Position numbers and translations under genes: made by a program. From positions 3,713 through 67,712 of the IMG/VR virus record IMGVR_UViG_3300037722_000699: a stretch of 64,000 bases of DNA; one strand, 5' to 3'. Positions 53,188-62,069 of the stretch are shown one piece after another. The notes beneath the pieces are model-generated. The model did not search any database and was not told the DNA's origin. It was given only the letters and a program-made list of their open reading frames with translations. How positions within the stretch are numbered: the first letter of the stretch is position 1; each line of letters starts with the position of its first letter. Origin of the DNA: a virus.

Positions 53188-53514
53188 ATGCATGATGAAG
53201 AAACTGCTCAGCTGCTCTGGTGCCCGTTCGCGCGGGTCCAGGTGGGCTATGGCGGAGACGGTGGTGGTGCTTTCGCGGCGGTCAATCGGACGTGGGACTG
53301 GATACGCAAGCATCTCGGTTGGGAGACTGGCGACGATGAAAGCGAAGTCTGCAACTGCATCGCCAGCAAGTGCGCGGCTTGGCGGTGGGACATGCCACCG
53401 GAGCACGACGCAGAGACCGGCGAAAAGATCAGCGATGCGATAGGCCACTGCGGACTTGCGGGTCCCAGCGGCGAGGCGTGGCGCCCTGGTGCGCTGGCCG
53501 GCGCCAAGGAATAG
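53188..53514 (+). CDS. Cys-rich hypothetical protein
   Basis: WCPFARV...CIASKCAAWRW family pattern. Confidence 0.65.
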   Translation: MHDEETAQLLWCPFARVQVGYGGDGGGAFAAVNRTWDWIRKHLGWETGDDESEVCNCIASKCAAWRWDMPPEHDAETGEKISDAIGHCGLAGPSGEAWRPGALAGAKE

Positions 53515-53518
53515 TCCA

Positions 53519-53758
53519 ATGTACAGCATCATAATTCTCGCCTGCCTCGCCACCATCGCCCCGCGCGACTGTACGGAGCAGACCGCGCGCGTGGTGATGC
53601 GAGGCCCGGACGCGCCCAACTCCATCGCATGCGGATTCCTCGGGCAGGCATTTTTCGCGGACAGCGCGCTCGGCAAGGAGCTGCACGCCGATGAGTACAT
53701 AAAAGTCATCTGCCGCAATACCGTGACGGCGCCCGCGCTGGCAACTACAGGAGAGTGA
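53519..53758 (+). CDS. Small Cys-containing, possibly exported protein
   Basis: MYSIIILACLA hydrophobic start; four Cys. Confidence 0.55.
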   Translation: MYSIIILACLATIAPRDCTEQTARVVMRGPDAPNSIACGFLGQAFFADSALGKELHADEYIKVICRNTVTAPALATTGE

Positions 53759-53759
53759 C

Positions 53760-54173
53760 ATGCCGTTCGATTCCGTGACGTTCAAGCTACCCGCCGTCAA
53801 GCCGGCGACGTTCGATCCCGTGTTGCGCGAAGGCCTCGCCGGGCTGGCGCAGCTTGAAGAAGCGTTGCTGCATTCGGAGTGGTGGAGCAGCCATCGGTGG
53901 ACTTTTGAAGTCTACTTCCAGAGCGGCAGATGCGGGACTGCCGGCTGCGCCATAGGCGTCATGTGTGCTGTGTGGCCCGGCCAATTCCCAAACCCAAACA
54001 CCTCCATGCTGCCGACGCTAGCGCGGCGTCTCGGGCTGTCTATCGACGAGTACTGCAGCGTCTTTCTCTTTTCGTCGTGGGTGAGGCAGGGACATAACCC
54101 TTTCACAGTCACCCCCGTCATGGTCGCCAACGCAATCGACGCCCTGCTGGCGGCGAAGGGCTGGAAGGGCTGA
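53760..54173 (+). CDS. CGTAGC-motif protein, paralogue 2
   Basis: RCGTAGCAIG...LARRLGLS...VTPVMVA. Confidence 0.65.
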   Translation: MPFDSVTFKLPAVKPATFDPVLREGLAGLAQLEEALLHSEWWSSHRWTFEVYFQSGRCGTAGCAIGVMCAVWPGQFPNPNTSMLPTLARRLGLSIDEYCSVFLFSSWVRQGHNPFTVTPVMVANAIDALLAAKGWKG

Positions 54174-54176
54174 GTT

Positions 54177-54464
54177 ATGTTCTTCGACGGCCGCTCTCTC
54201 GACTCTCTCGCCGACTCCCGAGACATCGCGGAGGACTTGCGGCTGACCCTACAGCAGTGGCGGGAGACGTGGCGGCGCTGGGTTGACTACCACGGGATGC
54301 TGCCGGACGACGAAGATATCACCAGTTTCTTGGATGAGATCGACGGCATTCTAGCAGGGCAGATCAAATCTGCCAAGGAAGCCGAAGAGTTTTCGCCGGA
54401 AGCCCGTGACGATCAAGAGCACACCGACCGCGAGCGGCAGATAATCAGGGACGCACAGATATGA
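54177..54464 (+). CDS. Acidic hypothetical protein
   Basis: 95 aa; coupled. Confidence 0.55.
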   Translation: MFFDGRSLDSLADSRDIAEDLRLTLQQWRETWRRWVDYHGMLPDDEDITSFLDEIDGILAGQIKSAKEAEEFSPEARDDQEHTDRERQIIRDAQI

Positions 54465-54786
54465 AACTCACGCGAAATGGCTTTAGGGCATGGCTAGCGA
54501 AGAAGGGGCCGCGTGAGGTGGTGGGGAAGCGCGGCAGCCCGTGCCGGTGTCCGGTTGGGAGTTACCTATGCGAAATGACGGGCACCCAGACTGCGTATGT
54601 TGAAGGTGAGCAGTACTGCACACAAGGGCGCTCGCCACAGAAAAGCCCGAAGTGGGTTTTGCCGTTCATCGAGCGCGTCGATAGGGGCCGGATATTTACC
54701 AACATCACCGCCCGCACCTGCCTGCGCATCCTGGACGCGATCCCATGACCGGCGAGCGGCAGATAATCAGGGACGCACAGATATGA
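54430..54786 (+). repeat. 35-bp perfect direct repeat flanking one gene
   Basis: GCGAGCGGCAGATAATCAGGGACGCACAGATATGA at 54430-64 and 54752-86. Confidence 0.92.
54461..54748 (+). CDS. Hypothetical protein bounded by the direct repeats
   Basis: FRAWL...CRCPVGSYL motif. Confidence 0.6.
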   Translation: MKLTRNGFRAWLAKKGPREVVGKRGSPCRCPVGSYLCEMTGTQTAYVEGEQYCTQGRSPQKSPKWVLPFIERVDRGRIFTNITARTCLRILDAIP

Positions 54787-54965
54787 CCCCAGACGAACGC
54801 GAACACGAATGCAACCGACTGTCGCGCGAGACCGTGAATTTTATGGTGGGCCGCTTGCAAGGCATAGAAGGGACCGGCCTTCGCGGGACGGCCGACTTGG
54901 AGGGCGAAATCTGGAGTTGGCTGTGGGACCACGCAATTTTCAAGGGAGAGGTTCCTAAGCCATGA
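54783..54965 (+). CDS. Small hypothetical protein
   Basis: Starts at the ATG inside the second repeat copy. Confidence 0.55.
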   Translation: MTPDEREHECNRLSRETVNFMVGRLQGIEGTGLRGTADLEGEIWSWLWDHAIFKGEVPKP

Positions 54966-55071
54966 CCGGCACCGCCGCAGCCATCACCTTCCTGACCGTT
55001 TCGGCCGGGCTGCTGCTGGGCTTGGCTGTGCATGTGGTGCGGTGGTGGCGGGAGATGGAGAGGAACGGGAA

Positions 55072-55251
55072 ATGAGCTGCGAATGCGTGATTTTAGTGCG
55101 CCACCCCAACGATAAGGTGACAGCACTAATGGAAGACGACCTTGAGCACATTGCTGTGTTCCCGGATTTGGACGCGGCTGTCGATCTGGCGAGTGAACAC
55201 ATCCTTTGCCAGGCGCGTCCGTATCAGATCGTTGAACTGGACGAACTGTAA
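55072..55251 (+). CDS. Small acidic hypothetical protein
   Basis: ATG 55072 with GAGG SD. Confidence 0.5.
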   Translation: MSCECVILVRHPNDKVTALMEDDLEHIAVFPDLDAAVDLASEHILCQARPYQIVELDEL

Positions 55252-55521
55252 TGGCCACCCTTCGCCAGAACGCTCCGGCCCACCGCTATGGGCTGTTCGC
55301 CCGCTTGCTCGCATGGCTGCGGCCGATGCCGACCGAACGGCTGCGGAACACTGTAACGAAACGCCGGCTGCTCGTGCATGGCATTGCGGCAACGCAGCCG
55401 AGAAGGAGGCTGGGGTGACCCCCGCCGCACAGCAAGCCCGCGCCACCGGCTTCACGGCAACGCTCTATCTGCTGCTAGGGGCCGGGCTCGTCGCGCTGGC
55501 GCTGTGGTTCGGGGGGCTGTG

Positions 55522-55749
55522 ATGGACAACACGCAAGCACTCGACCGCGCGGCCCTGGGCATTCTCAGCTCGTGCCATTCGATGCGGCTTTCGATGCAGG
55601 GCGGCGGGCAACTGACCGGCGATGCCCGAAGGCACCTGCTGCTCGCGCGGGCCTACATGGACGCCGTGTTGCGCGGGGACATCCCGGACGCGGCGAAGTG
55701 CTATGAGGCCATGTACGCGGAGCTGTATCGCAAGGGAGAGGCGGCATGA
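55522..55749 (+). CDS. Small hypothetical protein
   Basis: TGATG coupling at 55522. Confidence 0.5.
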   Translation: MDNTQALDRAALGILSSCHSMRLSMQGGGQLTGDARRHLLLARAYMDAVLRGDIPDAAKCYEAMYAELYRKGEAA

Positions 55750-56084
55750 CCCCGCGCCAAGCGGCTAATCTCAGATTACAGGAAAAGTCATGCGAAAGCT
55801 GCCGCTATTTTCGCCTTCACAACACAGTCGCCACGTCCAGCGAGTGCCTGCTGTTGGGGACTACGCTTGGCATTGTATCGAATGTCAATGAAGAGGCCTG
55901 GCTACACGAATGGGCGCGGGCGCGTGTCTGTGATTGGTGGAAGCGGCGTCCGTCAACGTGGGCTGTACGGTCTGAAGGCGTAGACAGAAACCCGCATTGG
56001 GTTGACCCGTACATATCCCGCGACAGGAAGCACAGACAGCTTGCGAAGCTTATGCGCACCGCGAAGACAGGGGGCTCGAAATGA
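55746..56084 (+). CDS. Cys-rich hypothetical protein
   Basis: CESCRYF...C...C..W pattern. Confidence 0.55.
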   Translation: MTPRQAANLRLQEKSCESCRYFRLHNTVATSSECLLLGTTLGIVSNVNEEAWLHEWARARVCDWWKRRPSTWAVRSEGVDRNPHWVDPYISRDRKHRQLAKLMRTAKTGGSK

Positions 56085-56362
56085 CCCCCTGCATCTCCTG
56101 CGACCGCTGCGAAATGCCGGACGGGCCTAAGAATACCTGGGGGTGGCTCTGCCTGCAATTTCCCCAGGATGAGATCGACCCCGTTACCGGCGGCGTGCTG
56201 GCGCCCTACAAGCTCTGCCGCGACGTTCGCAAGATCACGGTGGCGAATCAGTCGGACGGCGACTGCGCATTCTACATCGACAAGCCGCCCGAGAAAATAG
56301 CCGTGGTCAAGGAGACCAGGGGCGAGAAATTGGTGACGTACAAGGATAAGGAGACAGCGTGA
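56081..56362 (+). CDS. Cys-rich hypothetical protein
   Basis: CISCDRC...C...C...DCAFY pattern. Confidence 0.6.
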   Translation: MTPCISCDRCEMPDGPKNTWGWLCLQFPQDEIDPVTGGVLAPYKLCRDVRKITVANQSDGDCAFYIDKPPEKIAVVKETRGEKLVTYKDKETA

Positions 56363-56889
56363 TGGCCTATCACGGCACTTTCGCTCGGCACGAGCCGGGC
56401 AACTACGGCGGCAAGCTGATCATCACGACCGACAAGGGCGAGTGGAAGATGGACAACAACTTGCCGCAAGGCACGCCCCTGCCCGCCCCCGGGACTCCAG
56501 TCGCCTTCGAGGCCGAGAAGAAGGGCAACTACTGGAAATGCAAGAGCATGACGCCCGCGAACGGCGCGGCCTACCAGGCGCCCGTCCCGGCTGCCTCAGC
56601 GGCCCACTACCAAGCGCCGCCACCGGCTTACCAGCCGACGCCCAGCGCCGTGCAGGTGGACCAGAAGGATGTCCATATCTTCATCACGGGCGTGCTGCAG
56701 CGCTTCTATGCCGCCCAGGGCATGCCCACGGCCACCGGCGTCTATGACGACATCATGCGGCTCAAGAGCGCCTATCTGGCGGCCATGACGGGAGGCCCAC
56801 GGCCACAGGCACCGGGGGAGTCTCCCCCTACAGGCGGCCCGCCCCCTGGGCACCCGGCCAATATGGATGACATCCCATGGACGGGGTGA
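56359..56889 (+). CDS. ssDNA-binding-like protein
   Basis: OB-like N-terminal strands, Pro/Ala/Gln linker, and acidic-aromatic tip MDDIPW. Confidence 0.55.
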   Translation: MMAYHGTFARHEPGNYGGKLIITTDKGEWKMDNNLPQGTPLPAPGTPVAFEAEKKGNYWKCKSMTPANGAAYQAPVPAASAAHYQAPPPAYQPTPSAVQVDQKDVHIFITGVLQRFYAAQGMPTATGVYDDIMRLKSAYLAAMTGGPRPQAPGESPPTGGPPPGHPANMDDIPWTG

Positions 56890-57206
56890 TCCCGGTTGAC
56901 GAACTGACCGAACGCTTCCGGCTGGCGGCCGAAGAATGGGCCGCCCGCGACGGCGAGGCGTGCCGGCTGGAGGAAATGAAAAAGATCATCTTCTCCGAGC
57001 TGGTCAACCAATCCGAAGCGTCCTCAGTGGCGGCCCGGGAACACGAGGCCTACGCGAACACGGTCTACCGCAGCCATATCGACGCCATGGTGACGGCGCG
57101 CTCGGCCGCGAACGTCGCGAAGGCCAAGATGCAGTCCATGCAGATGAAGTTCGAGTGCTGGCGGACGCAAAATGCCACCAGACGCGCGGAGATGAAAATC
57201 CTATGA
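56877..57206 (+). CDS. Helical protein, UvsY-like recombination mediator candidate
   Basis: EAYANTVY...KFECWRTQNA pattern; next to the SSB-like gene. Confidence 0.5.
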   Translation: MDGVIPVDELTERFRLAAEEWAARDGEACRLEEMKKIIFSELVNQSEASSVAAREHEAYANTVYRSHIDAMVTARSAANVAKAKMQSMQMKFECWRTQNATRRAEMKIL

Positions 57207-57715
57207 CAAAATGGGCGCCTATCCATGGCTTCGAATCCCTTTACGAGATATCGTTCTCGGGCCAAGTCCGCTCCACCAAGGGGTACTCGCTGTCGCCTTG
57301 GCGCAACCGGAATGGATATTGGATGATAAGCCTCTCTGGTAGAGGGCGGCGCACCCATCGTTATATTCACCGGCTGATGCTAGAAAGCTTCATCGGGCCC
57401 GCGCCAAGCAGGCGGCACACCGCTTGCCATAATGACGGCGATAAAAGCAACAATCACCTGAGCAATCTTCGTTGGGACACGCGGCTTGCCAACCACCTGG
57501 ACAAGAAGCGGCACGGCACCTTTCAGGCCGGTGAAAATCATGGCATGGCCAAGCTATCCGAGGCCGACGTGGCGGCGATCCGCGCCAGTAGCACCCCAGG
57601 CGTCGAGTTGGCCGCTCGCTTTGGCGTAACCCCGACAACCATCAGCCACATACGGCGCGGGCGCACTTGGCGCACCAAGAATGCGACACGCCGGGCCGAG
57701 ATAGGAATCAGGTAG
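57203..57715 (+). CDS. NUMOD4-HNH homing endonuclease with C-terminal HTH
   Basis: WAPIHGFESLYEISFSGQVRS, IHRLMLESF, and CHNDGDKSNNHLSNLRW motifs. Confidence 0.92.
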   Translation: MTKWAPIHGFESLYEISFSGQVRSTKGYSLSPWRNRNGYWMISLSGRGRRTHRYIHRLMLESFIGPAPSRRHTACHNDGDKSNNHLSNLRWDTRLANHLDKKRHGTFQAGENHGMAKLSEADVAAIRASSTPGVELAARFGVTPTTISHIRRGRTWRTKNATRRAEIGIR

Positions 57716-57719
57716 CAGC

Positions 57720-57950
57720 ATGACCGCCATCACCACAGCCGGCGAGAACTTTCGCCTGACCGAGACCTGCCCTCGCTGTGGTGGAGAGGGGACAATTGAA
57801 GCCGGATTCTGGCCATGCCCGGATTGTAAAGGTAGCGGCGAGATCGAGAGCGATGATGAATGCTACTGCGACTTTGCATCGCGGGAGTTCTTCGGATGTT
57901 TTGACCGCAGTCACGCCGCGCCGTGTCCGCAGGCCAGGGAGAAAAAGTAG
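57720..57950 (+). CDS. DnaJ-type Zn-finger protein
   Basis: CPRCGGEG and CPDCKGSG. Confidence 0.65.
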   Translation: MTAITTAGENFRLTETCPRCGGEGTIEAGFWPCPDCKGSGEIESDDECYCDFASREFFGCFDRSHAAPCPQAREKK

Positions 57951-58160
57951 ATGATCAAGCAGCTAAATTTTAAGGGGCGCTGCTGCGGACGCAAGCCGCT
58001 CCCTTACAAGCGCCCGCCACATTTGTTCTGTCCCCGCTGCGATGCAAGTTTCAACCCGAGCACGGGCCGGCAGATACCTAATTGGGCCTACAGGCTGACA
58101 GATGATGGTGATTTTGTGCGCACCGCTCCCGGTCTGACACCCAAGGGAATTGAATCATGA
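57951..58160 (+). CDS. Small Zn-binding protein
   Basis: CCG and CPRC. Confidence 0.6.
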   Translation: MIKQLNFKGRCCGRKPLPYKRPPHLFCPRCDASFNPSTGRQIPNWAYRLTDDGDFVRTAPGLTPKGIES

Positions 58161-58357
58161 GCGACGACATAAGCCGCACTCTCAGCTTTCTCGCCAGCGC
58201 AGGCCCCCTCGCCAACACGACGGTCAGGAACGCCGACGCCGACAAAATCATGCTCGACACGGGCGGACAGATCATGGCGCGCGGCTACCTCTACAACATC
58301 AAAAGCGAGAGGGTGAGCCCTGGTGTGTGCCGTCTCTCGCTGGAAAGGGCCAACTAA
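58157..58357 (+). CDS. Small hypothetical protein
   Basis: Coupled. Confidence 0.55.
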   Translation: MSDDISRTLSFLASAGPLANTTVRNADADKIMLDTGGQIMARGYLYNIKSERVSPGVCRLSLERAN

Positions 58358-58512
58358 TGTCCTGGCTACGCTGCGATAGCTGCGGTGATCTGATCAACGC
58401 CGACAACCACCCGGAAGCCTACGACGAAAAGCAGGACGCTTGGCTGTGCGAGCGCTGCGGCAGTTGGGGCATCTGGACCATGGAGGAATTTGAGCGGGAG
58501 ATGCAGCCGTGA
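58357..58512 (+). CDS. Small Zn-finger protein
   Basis: CDSC and CERC; TAATG coupling. Confidence 0.55.
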   Translation: MSWLRCDSCGDLINADNHPEAYDEKQDAWLCERCGSWGIWTMEEFEREMQP

Positions 58513-58706
58513 GCACGGTCGAGACAATTACCGGCGCCGGCCTGAACTTCCAGGCCATTGATTACGTGCAGTGGATTGCCTGGGCTGAGTGCGAGTACAT
58601 CCAGCTTCGGGATGACTGGCCCGGGGCATACGATTGGGCAGCAGCTTACAAGCGCGGGCTGTCGCCAGAGACGGCGGCGAAGGAGGCGGACGGTGAAGCT
58701 GAGTAA
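58509..58706 (+). CDS. Small hypothetical protein
   Basis: W...Y..GLSPETAA pattern. Confidence 0.55.
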   Translation: MSTVETITGAGLNFQAIDYVQWIAWAECEYIQLRDDWPGAYDWAAAYKRGLSPETAAKEADGEAE

Positions 58707-58905
58707 AACCAAGCTACGCACAGATGCGCTTGCCCTTCTGCACTGTTACAGCCCGCTCACTTACGGCATGTCATGGCCGCGCGAAGTGGCAAGGTATGCC
58801 GAGGCAAAGGGCTGGATAGAGTGGGTGCCGCCTCAGTTTGGTACGACACTCTACGCCATGACAGACGCCGGCCACCTCGCTCTCCAGGAGCATGAGAATG
58901 ACTGA
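58693..58905 (+). CDS. Small winged-helix-like protein
   Basis: GTG 58693; KGWIEW...YAMTDAG. Confidence 0.45.
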   Translation: MKLSKTKLRTDALALLHCYSPLTYGMSWPREVARYAEAKGWIEWVPPQFGTTLYAMTDAGHLALQEHEND

Positions 58906-59596
58906 CATGAGCAACGCAAGCTATCTCATATTGGCCGACAGGGCGGATGACCCAGGGGCCATGTCGGCGGCTATTTGCGTCCTGGTGGCGCGGGTGGAGG
59001 CGGCGGAAGAGAAGTACCGCAAGACACGAGATTGGCGCGGCCCCGACCTGACCGAGGACGACGCTAATCTTGCCCAGAGAATCGTGTCGCTATGCTACGC
59101 CGTTTGGAGCAACAACGACGATGACGAGAACGATAGCGACGGCGGGCTCATCCAGGCAGTAGCTCTCGAACTGGAACCACGCCGCTATCAGGCCCAGGCC
59201 GCTGAGCGCGCTCTTGCTGAGTCCGAGGCCGCAAACGCGGGGCTGCGGGAGGCGCTGGATCAGATCATCGAATGTGAGAGTGTCCGGCGCCAAGGCGGCC
59301 CAGCACCCGAAGACCTGGAGACATTGGACCAGTCTCTAGGCGATGCCGTGCAGTTGGCCGCCGATGCGCTGACGCAACCCGCCCCTTCGCGTGTAGCCGA
59401 TCTGGCGAAAGCTGCGCGAGAGTTTGTGCAGCACTGCAATGCGTGCGGTGGCGAAGGCTTCATTTATCCGGGCTGGCCAGAAGAAGAATATGGGCAAGCG
59501 CCTGGCTCTTCTAAGCGGCCGTGCCCCTATTGCGCCCCGCTTAAGACGGCACTCGCGTCTTTCCCGGAGCCGGAGCCGGAGGTGAAAGATGAGTGA
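58892..59596 (+). CDS. Ead/Ea22-like mosaic coiled-coil protein with Zn finger
   Basis: Coiled coil; CNACGG and CPYC. Confidence 0.55.
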   Translation: MRMTDMSNASYLILADRADDPGAMSAAICVLVARVEAAEEKYRKTRDWRGPDLTEDDANLAQRIVSLCYAVWSNNDDDENDSDGGLIQAVALELEPRRYQAQAAERALAESEAANAGLREALDQIIECESVRRQGGPAPEDLETLDQSLGDAVQLAADALTQPAPSRVADLAKAAREFVQHCNACGGEGFIYPGWPEEEYGQAPGSSKRPCPYCAPLKTALASFPEPEPEVKDE

Positions 59597-59915
59597 CACA
59601 TACTTGGGATTCGCCGAAGAACTAATAAAAGACATTATGGCCGACCCGCGCGGCCCTAGAGTCATTGGCGTGCTGATACGAGAGCTGACCAAAGAAAAAC
59701 AGGCCGGCATCCGCCAGGGCCGCGTCAAGGCGCTGCTGGCGGTGGCGGAGTGGCATGACGCGGAAGTCACAGGCTTTTTGGCCGGCGTGCCAGACTGTGA
59801 CCAGCCCTTCACCGACTCACAGTGCTGGTGCTTAACAATGGCAGAAGGGCACAAATATAGCGCCGCCCACTGCCGCGCAGAGGCGGCGAAGCTGGCGAGC
59901 GAGGGCGATGGGTAA
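59589..59915 (+). CDS. Hypothetical protein
   Basis: 108 aa; coupled. Confidence 0.5.
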   Translation: MSDTYLGFAEELIKDIMADPRGPRVIGVLIRELTKEKQAGIRQGRVKALLAVAEWHDAEVTGFLAGVPDCDQPFTDSQCWCLTMAEGHKYSAAHCRAEAAKLASEGDG

Positions 59916-60041
59916 ATGGGAAATGCACGAAGCCCGGCTGATGGAATGGGAGGCCGAAGTCGGCATCCTTGGGCGGCTCATTAATTTTCTCACATTCGGA
60001 TGGTGGACAAGATGCGTGCTGAAATATCCGAGGCCCCGTCC

Positions 60042-60272
60042 ATGACTGACTCCCTCCCCGCTCTCCTGGCCCGCCTGGAGGAGGCTGACGCGGGCAGCCG
60101 GGCGTTCTGGTGCCATGCGTGCGGCTACGTCGCCGTGGTGGACCCGCATCATCACTCGACCGAACTGAGATCTTCCTTGCAAGACTGTAACCACCCGGCC
60201 GAGTGGGGCACGCCCGACGATTGCGCCGCAGCTCTCCGCGCAAAGGAAGCCCAAGCGGCAGAGAAGGGGTAG
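60042..60272 (+). CDS. Small hypothetical protein
   Basis: ATG 60042; CHAC motif. Confidence 0.45.
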   Translation: MTDSLPALLARLEEADAGSRAFWCHACGYVAVVDPHHHSTELRSSLQDCNHPAEWGTPDDCAAALRAKEAQAAEKG

Positions 60273-60275
60273 GCG

Positions 60276-60563
60276 ATGGCAGAGCCCAAAGGCGTAGTCA
60301 TGTGCTTCATCGCGCCGGGCGGCCGCGTGGTGGCGTCGGTAAGCGACTTTGACCGCAGCGGGTATGGCGGGTTCTCTCTGGCCGAGGGACAGCGCCACAG
60401 GTGCCGCAACAAACTCGCGCGGGCGGTTGTGCAAGAAACGTGCTCGTTCGCCATCAGCGATGCGCTTGAGCTTTACGATTGCGGCCAAATCATCGAGAGA
60501 ATGGAACACAAGGGCTACCGCGCACACACCGTCTACATCGGCCACGAAACCGAGGACGCCTAG
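60276..60563 (+). CDS. Hypothetical protein
   Basis: 95 aa with SD. Confidence 0.55.
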   Translation: MAEPKGVVMCFIAPGGRVVASVSDFDRSGYGGFSLAEGQRHRCRNKLARAVVQETCSFAISDALELYDCGQIIERMEHKGYRAHTVYIGHETEDA

Positions 60564-60566
60564 CCC

Positions 60567-60953
60567 ATGACCGCCCTGCCCACCGATCGCCTGACATACG
60601 AGGAAGCGGCCGAACTGCTGGACCCCGCCGGCAAGGAAGGCGTGACCGTCCGCACGATCCGCCGGCTTGTGGAAAAGGGCGTGTTGCAGAAAGTCAGGAT
60701 CGGACGCCATCCTACGGTGTTCAAGAAAGAGCTACTGGCTCTGGCGCTGGAGGGATCATGCCGACATTCTACAGGCCCGGCGAGCGACGGGGAAACGAAA
60801 CCTTCATCGTCCGGGGATCGATCGACGGACAGCCTCGTGAGCTTCGCTGCAAAGCGGCGGCAACAAAAAAGGCCGCCCAAGAGGAATGGGAGGCCTTCAA
60901 GCGGCAAGTCCGCGACGATCGGGATGTTGCATCGGCAACGTTTTCAGACGTGA
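60567..60953 (+). CDS. xis: Excisionase-like HTH protein
   Basis: LTYEEAAELL...VTVRTIRRLVEKGVL...RIGR; overlaps the integrase start. Confidence 0.75.
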   Translation: MTALPTDRLTYEEAAELLDPAGKEGVTVRTIRRLVEKGVLQKVRIGRHPTVFKKELLALALEGSCRHSTGPASDGETKPSSSGDRSTDSLVSFAAKRRQQKRPPKRNGRPSSGKSATIGMLHRQRFQT

Positions 60954-61768
60954 TGCAGGCCTACATGGATGCCAAGGACCCGTCCAGGAATGACCGTCGC
61001 TATCTCGGCCGGCTCAAGGGGGCGTGGCTCAAGGGGCGCAAGATGAAGCTGGGCAACGTGCCGGTGGGCGACATCGTGCAGATGGATATCGATCAGGCAG
61101 CGGCTGTTCTCTATCCGGGGGCCAGGCCCTCGACCAAGAACCGGCAGGCCTACGCGCCGGCCGCCGCCGTGCTGCACTACGCAGCCGGATCGGAGATCGT
61201 CCCATGGCGCCGCATTGCCAAGCTGAGAGAGGCCGAGCCCGAGACCCGGAGGCCCCTTCAAGGCACCGCAGCGGCCCTCCTAGACGCCGCTGAGGGTATC
61301 CAGGGCGAGTTCCTGCTGTTCCTGTTCCTGCAAGGTTGGCGCATCAGCGAGAGCCTGGGCCAGAGATGGGAGGACACGGACTTGCAGGCCCGGATCTTCC
61401 GTGTCTGGGTGTCGAAAGTAGGGAAGTGGAAGACCATCCACATGCACCCCGAGGTGTTCCTTGTGCTGGCGCAGCGCTCGCGGGACGAAGGTCCGCTCTG
61501 GCCCTGGCGCGACCGGCACGACGTTTACCGTTGGCTGCGGCCGCTGCGCAACCGGGCCGGCGTCCGCTTCACGCCGCACATGGCCCGGCACGAATGGGGC
61601 TCGCAGCAGAACGAGGCCGGCGGCACGGCGCGCGACGCCATGGAAGGCAACACCTGGACGAACGTCAAGTCCGTCATGCGCTATCAGGCGCCATCCGCCG
61701 AGCACGGCCGCAAGATCGCCAGCCGGGTGACAATCGGGGCAAAAACCGGGCTGCGCCATGCCAAATAG
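60758..61768 (+). CDS. int: Tyrosine integrase
   Basis: ATG 60758 with GGAGG SD; catalytic R (GWRISE), K (SKVG), HxxR (TPHMARH) and Y (VMRY). Confidence 0.92.
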   Translation: MPTFYRPGERRGNETFIVRGSIDGQPRELRCKAAATKKAAQEEWEAFKRQVRDDRDVASATFSDVMQAYMDAKDPSRNDRRYLGRLKGAWLKGRKMKLGNVPVGDIVQMDIDQAAAVLYPGARPSTKNRQAYAPAAAVLHYAAGSEIVPWRRIAKLREAEPETRRPLQGTAAALLDAAEGIQGEFLLFLFLQGWRISESLGQRWEDTDLQARIFRVWVSKVGKWKTIHMHPEVFLVLAQRSRDEGPLWPWRDRHDVYRWLRPLRNRAGVRFTPHMARHEWGSQQNEAGGTARDAMEGNTWTNVKSVMRYQAPSAEHGRKIASRVTIGAKTGLRHAK

Positions 61769-61789
61769 TTGGAATGCAACGGGACATGC

Positions 61790-61839
61790 CACCCTTGGTA
61801 AGGGTGGGGTCGAGTGTTCAATTCACTCCGGCGGCACCA
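61790..61839 (+). other. att core: 3' part of tRNA-Thr(GGT), not a full tRNA
   Basis: Anticodon arm CACCC-TTGGTAA-GGGTG, T arm GAGTG-TTCAATT-CACTC, and 3' CGGCGGCACCA; no D arm or 5' acceptor strand; 21 nt after the int stop. Confidence 0.88.
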
Positions 61840-62069
61840 GCCATCCTTCTGAAATTCCACACAATATGCTATATTCATTCGCGCGCGAAGTGCCGTGCGT
61901 TGACGCGAACGCCCGTGGAACATCGCGAGAAACCGGGGCAGATTCGGGGCAGGCCGTTCCGGCTCTGTCCGCCACTTAGGGAGAGGTTGCCGTGGGCCGG
62001 GAGAATTTGCTTTCAGCGTCCCATACCGCGTTGCTCGACAGTCCAGCGCGGGGGTTGGACGACCCCTAT

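Noticed and set aside
61760-61839. Complete tRNA-Thr gene
   Set aside because: The D arm and 5' acceptor strand are absent; only the att-core portion is present.
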